This document shows, piece after piece, positions 53,238 to 64,000 of a DNA stretch of 64,000 nucleotides. The stretch is from Octopus sinensis (taxonomy: Eukaryota): the NCBI RefSeq assembly GCF_006345805.1, contig NC_043008.1, forward strand, positions 56,978,001 to 57,042,000, given 5' to 3'. Within the stretch, counting starts at the first letter, position 1. Each line of letters starts with the position of its first letter. The notes beneath the pieces were generated by a model, which saw only the letters and a program-made list of their open reading frames with translations, was not told the DNA's origin and made no database searches. Made by a program: the position numbers and the translations under genes.

Positions 53238-53655
53238 AGTATCTTGGCAGTGACGTTAAGAAGCTCGCTTTTCAACCGCGTGTTTTGGGGCTCAGTCCCG
53301 CTGCGTAGAACATTGGGCATGTGACTTGTATATCGCCAGACCGATCAATGACTTTTCAGTGAATCAAGTACATAGAAGCTGTGTGGAAGCCCGTCTCTTA
53401 AATCTGTGTGTGTGTGTAAGTGTGTGTGTGAGTGCACGTTTGTATGTGCACTTTGTTGTGTGTCGGTTTGTCTATATGTTTGGTTTTGTCCCCTACTGTT
53501 TCACAACCGGTGCTGGTTTGCTTATATCCCTTAAGTTAACATTTCCGCAAAAGAGACGCGACTTCAGACATAAGTCCTGGAACGATTTGTTCAACTAAGC
53601 CATCCAAGGCAGTTTTCTATCACCAATGATTGAAACATGTAAAGAGATGAAAGAG
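53238..53655 (+). mobile_element. SINE family B, diverged
   Basis: gttaagaagctcgcttttcaaccgcg...cattgggcatgtgacttg...gattgaaacatgtaaaagag. Confidence 0.75.
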
Positions 53656-54534
53656 CAAAGACAAACTTAAACCGATTTAATCCCTTCCATTGAAATTGGG
53701 CGAACTGTACAGTCATAATGCCGTATGGGTTGCTCTTGTAATTCGGACGTCTGGATTTATCTCATTATATCACGTTGAGGTCATTTGAACTTTTGCTGGG
53801 TCAGTGGAATACTAAGTCACATGACACATTAATTCAATCACTACGGTTCTTTATTGATCGATCAAATATTCTCGATCCTACTGTTATCAGAATTACGCAA
53901 TGAGGTTCCAAACAGAATTCATTTTGCCAAGCTCCAAATAGAGGAGAGAGGATATTTGAAATGTCATTGTGTCAGCCACATGATACATTCAATAAATACA
54001 CCAGTCAAATGACCGATCAACTAATCTACCACACTTATTGTTCTAGAGACGTCATAATTGTACGATGAACTTTTTATTCTACCAAGCTCTAATCACACGG
54101 TAATTGTAGATTGCCAGGTATTCTTAGTTACGATTCTGTTTTAAATACTTTAACAGGGAGAAGTGGTTAATTTTTTATAATTCCTAATTTTTATTTTTTG
54201 GTTATATTTATTTAACCTTCTTAATATTGGGTTTGTTTAGAGCAACACTGCTCTTGAAATACAAAATGACGTTCAGGTCATAAGAATTGATAAGCTTTCG
54301 AGAGAATGTACAAATAATTATTTCAGCTTCTCTCGAAAATTTCTAAATTATCACTTGAAAATCCATAAAATTCTCGCTACTAAGAATAAAGTTTATAAGA
54401 TTCGAATGGACAAACTCGAATGATTGCTTGCATCAAATGTTAGACCACCCGTCATATCTACGCCAGATGTAGGTTCGAGTCCCAAGAACTGACTTCGAAT
54501 TTTTCTATCCAATTGGGTTTGCATATTGTTATTT

Positions 54535-54766
54535 CTTATTTTTTATTACCCACAAGGGGCTAAACATAGAGGGGACAAACAAGGACAGACAAACGGATTA
54601 AGTCGATTATATCGACCCCAGTGCGTAAGTGGTCCTTAATTTATCGACCCGAAAGGATGAAAGGCAAAGTCGACCTCGGCGGAATTTGAACTCAGAACGT
54701 AACGGCAGACGAAATACCGCCAAGCATTCCGCCCGGCGTGCTAACGTTTCTGCCAACACGCCGCCT
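54535..54766 (-). mobile_element. SINE family A, full length
   Basis: Near-identical to the 37748-37980 copy. Confidence 0.92.
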
Positions 54767-54794
54767 AAACATACTGTTATTTGTAGGTTGATCA

Positions 54795-54985
54795 AGGCGG
54801 CGAGCTTGTAAAACCGTTAGTACTATGGAAGAAATGCTTACATTTTGATCTCGAATTCGCCGACGTTACCATTTATCCTATGAAGGCTGATAAAATAAGT
54901 ACCAGTTAAACTCTACCGTTGATATGATCGATCTGCCCATTCCCCTCAACAAAAGCTAGCGCTGCTCCACAATTTGAAACCATTA
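54795..54985 (+). mobile_element. Degenerate SINE family A, older subfamily
   Basis: ggcggcgagcttg head, gataaaataagtaccagtt domain and aatttgaaacc tail. Confidence 0.65.
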
Positions 54986-55460
54986 TCTATAGCTGTTATA
55001 TAATTCCAGATCCCCAAAACTAAAAAAAAAAATTAAATGTAAACTGATTTATTTTCTGAATTTCGTTTGCTTGGATTTGAAAAAAAATAAAATACAATCA
55101 AACAACACCAAAAAAAAAACGTAAAAATTCTTACTAACATTTACTAAACACTTATACAGAATCTCCTGATTCTGATTTATTTCCTAAATTTGTTGATAAT
55201 TTGTGTTCAGAAATGGAGCGAGATTGCCAGTCAGCTCGCGGTTAATTACGTAGATTGATCGTATTAAATATGTATGAAATCATCTCAATTTATATTCTAA
55301 TCATCGTGTATAATTTATCAATGCGTTTAAAAAAATGTAACTCACATGTATCATTTGTCAGAGTTTTATTTTAATTTTTTTTAATTTTCGTCCGTAATTT
55401 GAAATGCTAAACATGTTTGCTACCTGCTAAAGATATCGTATAATTTATTGCTAATTTCAC

Positions 55461-55521
<61 letters not shown>

Positions 55522-55749
55522 GCTCTCATTTCTTTTTTCAGTGGCTTCATAAAATAGTATTATAGGATACATAATCAGTGCAGTGGACAATTTAATCCAT
55601 TGGTAGTATTGAGATTCAATTTTGTACCTTCAGACACATTTAGTTTTGGACGTAGGCACACATTTTATACACATGTATGCATATAAATTAGTGCACACAC
55701 AAACATACGCATTCACATATATATGTAGATATATATATAAAAAAATATA

Positions 55750-55791
<42 letters not shown>

Positions 55792-55997
55792 TAGATAGGC
55801 ATAGACATACAAGCATGTATATATATGCTTACACCGATATATATGTGTCTCTCTTTCTTTCTCTCTCTATATATATATATATTTACGTGTGTGTATATAT
55901 GTATGTATATATTATATATAATATATATATATATGTGTATATATGCATATGTATATTTATATATATATATGTATGTATATATATATGTATATATATA

Positions 55998-56029
<32 letters not shown>

Positions 56030-56484
56030 GTGTGTATATGTATGTATGTATACATGCATATATGTATGTATATATGTATGTATGTATATATGTATGTTTG
56101 TATGTATGTGTGATGCAAGCTGACTTAGCTAAAGAAATAATAAATGTTTGTGAATTATACAGTCCTGGGCGATTTAAATATCCTTTCAACATCTTTACAT
56201 CAAATTCTGTTAAGATATGCTAAAAAACAATTATATGGTTTACTTTTTATTTTCGTATTATACATTTTACTTTGGTAAATTACTAAATCTCATTTACAAG
56301 CAATCGTAGTTGCAGCAGTGTTTTTCCTTAACGTATTAAAATGGAAGAGATTGAAAATATTTAAGTTAATCAGATTTTTAAAACTTGAGAAATAGTTTAC
56401 ATTAAGTGCTCAACGAAGTAAATCTCCGTTTGCAAAGGCAATGTGTCGTGCACATAAATAATATAATTACCTTCTACCTTATAC

Positions 56485-56945
56485 TTCTTATGTGTTTCAG
56501 TCACTAGACTGCGGCCTACCGGACCACCGACTAGAATGTTTTTCGGGTTTTTTCTTTTTTTGAAAACAATCGAGCAAAGTACTGTCTTTCAATCTGGTTC
56601 TTATACTATCGTTGTCTTATGCCGAACCGTTAGGTTATTGGGACGTAAAAAAGCCATCGCCTGTTGTCAAAGAATGGTGTGGGGCAACGACAAATAAACA
56701 CACAATTGCATATATAATATTTTAATGTCTACGGACAGTTTTTACGCATATTGGCCACTGGTATAAATTATCATTTTTAATAAATTTTACCCAAACGGTG
56801 GTGGGTGAAAAACACGGACACGAAGAAATACACACACACACATATATATATTACATGCATACATACATACATACATATATACGGCGGTTGCTTTCAGTTT
56901 CCGACTACGAAATCCACTCACACGGCTTTGGTCAGCCGAGGCTAT
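56485..56945 (-). mobile_element. SINE family B, 5'-truncated and degenerate
   Basis: ctttcagtttccgactacgaaatccactcacacggctttggtcagccgaggctatag plus tail remnants. Confidence 0.7.
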
Positions 56946-57951
56946 AGTTTCCGCAATTTTGTTGTATAAATATGCTAAAGTACGACATTTATTACATCTT
57001 TTATTATGCGAATGATTACATTTTAAATTATTGCTACGTTGGTAGATGTGTATTTGAAATGTGTTACCCACAAACACACACATACCACACAGGCACACAC
57101 AAGCACACACACACACACACAAAGGTTGTATACGTATGCATCCATTTTAGCTTACAAGACAAAATAAGATTACTCAATGCAGAGAGATAGTTTAAACATT
57201 AACTGATGATTTGGAAATTGAGCAATGAGCATGTCGTAATGCAAAAGTGATGTACAATGTTTCGAGTGAAAACTCCTCATCTCAAAGAAACAGTATGCTT
57301 ACTGGCACAGTAAGATAAACAGAATATAATGATGTCATAGAACTGCTTCAAGGCAACTAGATATCCATACGTAAATTCATGCTAAATTTGACAGAACAAA
57401 AACATTTATATACGGCAGTGTTCAAGTGGATAAAAGTGTTATTTCTTATTGTCTAGAAATAAATTTTCACAAATATTTTCCATCCCAAGAAAGCCTAAAT
57501 TAGCATCTATTATTGACTCATTGATCATTCTGATTCGTATCTCTAAATATCCAAATGTTTGCTGTCTTCAAATATACCAAAAGCGAGAGTCTATATTTAT
57601 CTATGCAAATATATTTCATTGTAAGCTCTGTTTTGTTTATTTTTTTTTGTATGTGTGTGTCTATGAGTGTGTATGTGGAGTGGGGTCGACATTGATGAGA
57701 TATTTTAGACGGCGATATATTTTTCAAAAATATGGTATTTGGCAACTATAAAACTTGCATCAAGAACTCGAAAATAATAACAGATTGATGAAACCTTAAT
57801 ATAAATACCGGCAATTCGTTTTCGTTTGTTTTATTTTTTTTGCGGGGTGGATGTGGTTTTGTGGACAAGACTATAATTACATACTTCAATATATATATAT
57901 ATATGTGTGTGTTTGTGTTGTGTGTGTATGTATATATATATAGATAGATAT

Positions 57952-58009
<58 letters not shown>

Positions 58010-58064
58010 GCATGCATACTTACATAGAGAGATGAATAGATAGATATACATACATATCTATATC

Positions 58065-58121
<57 letters not shown>

Positions 58122-58220
58122 TTATATATATTTATATATATTTATATATATATATTATATATTTATATATACTTATGTGTATATATATATATATATAATA
58201 TATATATTTATATATATATA

Positions 58221-58251
<31 letters not shown>

Positions 58252-58470
58252 ATCAATATAGGGTGGCAAAAAATTTTGTAGAATTTTTTTGCCACCAGCG
58301 GCCTAGTGGGAAAAAATTAAATAGTCATAGACCATTTTTAAGTTCAACATCACAATCAAGGAACGGCCATAATAGGCCATTCACCCACTAGAAATAACAG
58401 CCAAAGCTTCAACCGCAAAATAACATCAATTCCGTAAACCAGGAGAAAATTAAAAAACATTTACCCTGTA

Positions 58471-58577
58471 ATTTCTTATACGATGCACCGTTTCATCTAC
58501 TGTTTAATGGTAAACTAACCTGATTAAATTAAATCAAGCCAATCTTCCATAGGCCCTTAGAATCATCAGTAAGAAAT
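58471..58577 (-). ncRNA. Type I hammerhead ribozyme with long stem II (left half)
   Basis: Reverse complement of 59149-59255. Confidence 0.85.
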
Positions 58578-59148
58578 AGCCAAGTCGGAACAGATATTTT
58601 CACGAGGCATTTCCGTCCCTGCCTCAGCAATATCTGACCTAAAATTTTCAAATCATCGCACTCGCGCCAAATTTATCGGCAGCAAATAAATATAAGCCGC
58701 CGATTCCATTACGGAATTAACCAGAAAATTCATAATTAATCAATATAGGGTGGCAAAAAATTTTGTAGAATTTTTTTGCCACCAGCGGCCTAGTGGGAAA
58801 AAATTAAATAGTCATAGACCATTTTTAAGTTCAACATCACAATCAAGGAACGGCCATAATAGGCCTATTATGGCCGTTCCTTGATTGTGATGTTGAACTT
58901 AAAAATGGTCTATGACTATTTAATTTTTTCCCACTAGGCCGCTGGTGGCAAAAAAATTCTACAAAATTTTTGCCACCCTATATTGATTAATTATGAATTT
59001 TCTGGTTAATTCCGTAATGGAATCGGCGGCTTATATTTATTTGCTGCCGATAAATTTGGCGCGAGTGCGATGATTTGAAAATTTTAGGTCGGATATTGCC
59101 GAGGCAGGGACGGAAATGCCTCGTGAAAATATCTGTTCCGACTTGGCT

Positions 59149-59255
59149 ATTTCTTACTGATGATTCTAAGGGCCTATGGAAGATTGGCTTGATTTAATTT
59201 AATCAGGTTAGTTTACCATTAAACAGTAGATGAAACGGTGCATCGTATAAGAAAT
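59149..59255 (+). ncRNA. Type I hammerhead ribozyme with long stem II (right half)
   Basis: ATTTCTTA|CTGATGA|T-TCTA...(68-nt stem II region)...TAGA-T|GAAA|CG-GTGCAT-CG|TA|TAAGAAAT. Stem I is a perfect 8 bp; cleavage triplet GUA. Confidence 0.85.
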
Positions 59256-59369
59256 TACAGGGTAAATGTTTTTTAATTTTCTCCTGGTTTACGGAATTGA
59301 TGTTATTTTGCGGTTGAAGCTTTGGCTGTTATTTCTAGTGGGTGAATGGCCTATTATGGCCGTTCCTTG

Positions 59370-59413
<44 letters not shown>

Positions 59414-59445
59414 ATATAGTATGTGACATATATTCGGTTGCCATA

Positions 59446-59504
59446 ATAAAACTCCGAGTTTCGGATGTCTGGGCGGAAATCTACATCGGCATCTCCTCAG
59501 CTAC
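59446..59504 (-). ncRNA. Candidate decayed hammerhead (CUGAGGA core)
   Basis: GTAG|CTGAGGA|GATGCC...GACATCC|GAAA|CTCGGAG|TT|TTAT. Stem III is the palindrome ACTC-G-GAGT; stem I is weak. Confidence 0.35.
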
Positions 59505-59571
59505 ACAATATCGAGGTTGCTTTCATGCTTTTGCTGTCTTGCGATTTCTATCAATACTAGTACTATATATA

Positions 59572-59635
<64 letters not shown>

Positions 59636-59642
59636 TTACATT

Positions 59643-59745
59643 TATTCTTTTTGCTTGTTTCAGTCATTTGACTACGGTCATATTGGAGCACCGCCTTTAG
59701 TCGATCAAATCGACCCCAGGAGTTATACTTTGTAAACCTAGTATA
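59643..59745 (-). mobile_element. SINE family B, 3' fragment
   Basis: gcttgtttcagtcatttgactacggtcatattggagcaccgcc tail. Confidence 0.8.
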
Positions 59746-59821
59746 CATACACAGTCAGACACACATACACACACACATATCTTTTACAGAAACTCTCCAA
59801 GCAAGAAACCATTAATGTATG

Positions 59822-59880
<59 letters not shown>

Positions 59881-60589
59881 GTATATATATATTATATATA
59901 TATGTATCTACTTATATCCTGGCTATTGTTATTTTATCGTACTTTGTCTTATATAAACGTCTTTCTATAAACGTCTCCTATTTTGTATAAAGAAATACAA
60001 TTATTTACATAGATGTACATTGCAATATGTCTCTGCTTGTTCGTGTTGTGTGCGTGTGTGTGTGTGTGTAGCAGTAGTAGTAGTAGAGTCCTAGTCTAGG
60101 TACTATATTTTCTCTATTCATTTGCATAAAATATCACAGTTCCTTACATAGTCGTATCGGCTTGTTTATATATGTATGGAAAGAGAGAGAAAGCGAGAAA
60201 GTGAAAGAGACACATAGGTAAAGAGATATATAAATAGATAGATAACATATATATATATATAGGCACGCGCGTGTGTGTGTGAGTGTATGTGTGTGTATTG
60301 TGCGTCTGTGTTTGATCAATACTGCTATTCTAATTAGGGCATAGTGTATCGTATGTATTTGTCTATTCGCTTGCTTTATAAACTACTCTAATTTACACAG
60401 GGTTATATCGGTTTAAGCACAAGAGATTTATGTGATTATTGCAGTTCTTAGATTGATGTGGCTTCGGAAAACAGAGAAAGGTATGAAAACAAAATCCCAG
60501 CACGGAAGTTTATATGCTGTTTAGCATTATTATGAGGTTTCGCTTAAATTATCGACAGTAAAACACCGTTTTTACGCGCTACAATTGCA

Positions 60590-60855
60590 CCATCGTCATC
60601 ATTATCATCATCATCCTTATTTTCATCACTACCACTTCATCATCATCACCATCATCATCATTGCCGTCGTCATCATCGTTATCGCTATTCTCATAATAAC
60701 TGCCGACAGAATCACCATTTTCCTAATCGTCATCGCCAACACTCTTACTGGTACCATTTTCATTCTTTTTACCATTATCCTCATCATCGTCGTCGTCGTC
60801 GTCCACCGCCAGTATCAGCATCATCATCATCATCGTCATCATCATCACTACCACT
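60590..60855. repeat. Degenerate (CAT)n/(CGT)n microsatellite
   Basis: Direct runs; the source of the poly-H/I ORF. Confidence 0.9.
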
Positions 60856-63230
60856 ACAGTTTAAGTATGAACTTAGAAATAGTAAAGAATTAGTGTGTAA
60901 GAATAACCCCAACATTATTCCTTACATATCGTATTTATTCCTAGATTATTTAAATTACGTACAGAACACAAAATACACATTTTTGTAGGCTCACAATTCC
61001 GTTCTAGACGTGTGTATTTGTAGATATAACGTGATTTTTTATCTGACAATAAGACTGACTCCTCTTGATTGGTTATCAATTGTGAAAGTGAAAGTAATAT
61101 TCCTTCTACAAATGCATGGCTCCTGCAATTTTGATGAAAGCGACTCGACTCTGATGAGATAAAAAGCAAAGTGAACCTCGGCGCGGAATTTCAGCTCAGT
61201 AAACCTGGGAAAAATGCCCCCAGGTACCGATCCTGCGAGCTCGTCTTGAAAAGGGAAGTTATTTAGTTACTTAATTAAGCGCACTAATCCATTGTCACAG
61301 CTAGTGTGTCTCTACATTCGGAACATATATGGGCTTAAGATTCAACCGTTGATAGTTCAATTTTTTTCCATTTTATCTTTTATTCGAGAGGGAAGTCAGT
61401 TACCATAAGACTCTTCGAGGCATGGAAGACTTACAGGAGAGAGGCCAGGATATTCTGACAACCGAAATCTGAACGGACATCGCAAAATGTAACCAAGTTA
61501 CTAGTTTTCAAACGCATGGATACTGACATCTAGCAACGGCAGGATTCGAGCCCAGAATACAAAACATTCCCGCGTTTGGTATGATTTTAGCCAAGTTCAA
61601 CTAGTTTACTGTCTTACATTGCTACTTTTTCGTGAACCCCGAAATGATGTAAGCAAAGATGACCTCGGTGGATTTGAAATGAGGGCACAGAGTGTCGTAG
61701 CATATGCCAAGATGAATTCCATCTAACGGTTTAACTACGCTACTAATTCGCCGCTTAGGTGGATCTAAACATGCCATTGAATACATGACCGGGAGTGATA
61801 AAAGAACTATAAGGAAACTCGATAGTCAGTATGGAGTCGTAATCATGTAGTTCAGGTTTCGATCTCGTGCAATACTTGGGCATGGTCTACCATAGCCTCC
61901 TGTTGAAACAAGCTTTATGAGTAAAATAGATAGAGTAAAATATTTCTAGGCAGCTAGAATATTGATACTCTATTTAATGCTAGCTTATAAAAATATTGGT
62001 AAGTTAGTCGGTTAACTGATTTCTTCAGTCACGCTTTACATTGCATAGAGGAAGGGGAGGAGAGAGAGAGAGAGAGTAAAAGAAAGCCACAGGGAAAGTT
62101 CACATAAGAGCTGCATAATGAATGCACATACGAGATTGGTGGCAGGCAATGAGTGAAAGAACACTATACACAAAAATGAAAGAGAACGAATCAGAGAGAC
62201 GGAGAAACAGGAGAAGGAGAAAGTGAGGAAGGAATGAAAGAATAGTTACGGATGGGGGAGGAGGGGAGTCCACCAAAATGAAATTTATTATTTTACACTA
62301 TTTTAGGGAAACAAATATTTTACTGTTGAAAATTAGTTTTCGTGTTATCATTTTGTATACGCACCGACAAATTTGATAAATATCGTATTTCAACATGTTC
62401 ATACAACCAAATTTACTGAAGCCACAGCAATAACATAATTTGTTAAAAGTTAAATTATAATTATTATATGTAGCCCATATTTCCTGATATTAGCCATTAT
62501 GGCCAACGTATACATCCAAAATTACTTGTCATATAACGTGTAACATTTCAGTTACACTGTTTACATTTAGTTCTGATTTGAGAATGAATATGATGCACCG
62601 AAAATATTCCACCGTAGATACTTTTTTCATGTTATAGACTACCTATTTCCTTGAATGCTAAGTAATTTGTAAGCCCGTGTTTCGAACATAACTATAATAC
62701 GAAACACTAGATATATCTGTAACGGGTACATTAAGACTACCTAGGAATGAAACTCGTTAGAATATGTTGGTGAAAGTAATTACCCGAAAGAAGAAGAGCA
62801 CACTCGTCGTCAAGACAAAGGGAAGAACTGTTAATTTTATTAACGTAAATAAATCTTTGAAAGTCGAATTATTTTGCTTCATTTGCTCAGTAAATTCTTA
62901 TGTATAAAAATGCTTAAATACGACATTTATTACATTTTATATTATATGTGAAAGATTAGGTTTCAGATTATTGGTATGTGGATAGATGTGTATTTGAAAT
63001 ATATTACACGCAAACTACGGTTGGACAGATATTTTGTAATCACTACAATTGTTTCGACGCCACGTCTTGTTGACTCCAATTTTATATTCACACAGGACGA
63101 ATGGCTAAACGTAAACCTTTGAAGTATGTATAATACTACTAACGGATAGTACAGGGTAATGCAGAAGGTGGGCAAGCTTCATACTGTGCCTCATTCATAA
63201 CGGCATATAACATAGCTATCTATCTATCTA

Positions 63231-63274
<44 letters not shown>

Positions 63275-63288
63275 GGTGTAGGAATAGG

Positions 63289-63438
63289 CATTCTTTTTTA
63301 GTGCCTTATTATTTAACGCACACCCCCGGTTCGAATTCCTCTCATTTACTTTTTTTTGTATTTTTCTATTTTTTTTAAATAAGTAAATGAGTGGAAATCG
63401 AACCGGTGTGTTAAATTATAAGGCACTAAAAGAGAATG
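63289..63438. repeat. About 60-bp-arm inverted repeat (hairpin) next to (TA)n
   Basis: 63289-63351 is complementary to 63381-63438 with a few mismatches and indels around a 29-nt T-rich loop. Confidence 0.8.
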
Positions 63439-64000
63439 ATTCTCCCCAGACACAATAAAATATGCTTCAACACACGAATTCACAAAAGGAATCTTGCAAA
63501 CCAGATACATAACCGATGTATACATGTGTGTGTGTGTATGTGTGTGCGTGTGTGTAAAAGATGTAAGGACCAAAATCCTTTGAAGGGACGTTAAACAACC
63601 CAGTCAGCCAGGTCAGTTAAACCAAAGAATATATGAAACCTTCATATTCAGTATTAGTATAATCAATAAGTGAATAATGTATAAAGAAAGAAAAAAATAT
63701 AGGCATAGACGATCTTGTAATCCGAAGTTGGTACAAATCCAAAAAAGATTCTAGAAATTGTTTCCATCGTAATCAATTCCAAACTCAAACGAAAAAAAAT
63801 GGTCCTTTTGAAATCAAAATTACTTATTGTTATAGTCCTGTGTCATTTGTTCAACCTGGTATAATGGAAAAAAATTGAAGTTGACGTCTCTATGAAGTAT
63901 ATTCCGATTCCATCTAAGAAGGAATTTTTGAAAGACCTGGTAATTAAATCAACTGAATTGATTCATAGACTCAGATAAAAAAAAAAACACACTTTTTCAT

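Larger units (their letters stand above)
58251..59374. mobile_element. Retrozyme/pLTR-like 487-nt unit forming a zero-spacer palindrome within (TA)n
   Basis: aatcaatataggg recurs at 58251 and 58738 (period 487). The symmetry axis is AATAGG|CCTATT at 58863/58864. The right half repeats cctattatggccgttccttgattgt at 58864 and 59350. Each half has one hammerhead. Confidence 0.9.

Noticed and set aside
57250-57290. Minus-strand ...GATGA-GGAG..CTC-GAAACATTGTA
   Set aside because: The core lacks CU and stem I does not pair; at best a heavily decayed relic.

Overview
This is AT-rich, microsatellite-saturated eukaryotic DNA. The SINE families and repeat content point to a coleoid cephalopod, most likely Octopus (inference). 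I found no supportable host exon; essentially all listed ORFs derive from microsatellites, SINEs or decayed transposons. Ordinary content: about 25 copies of three tRNA-derived SINE families, a TIR-bounded but frameshifted mariner (40862-42125), fragments of DD37E Tc1, Tc1, maT-like and possible Crypton transposons, and remnants of RLE-type and RTE-type LINEs. The notable signal is a dense set of Penelope-like-element (PLE) / retrozyme-like insertions sitting in or beside (TA)n tracts. Seven sequence-distinct insertions carry hand-folded type I hammerhead ribozymes (11 motif copies counting inverted duplicates, one with a decayed core), and there are two weaker candidates. Two insertions are non-coding 362-nt and 487-nt units present as circularly permuted, slightly-more-than-unit-length copies joined into palindromes. 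Several ribozymes deviate from the canonical core: U.U at 10.1/11.1, a U3 core, or a very long stem II. A GIY-YIG endonuclease-bearing PLE remnant with its own hammerhead lies next to the 362-nt element. All folding and translation was done by eye; nothing was searched or computed.
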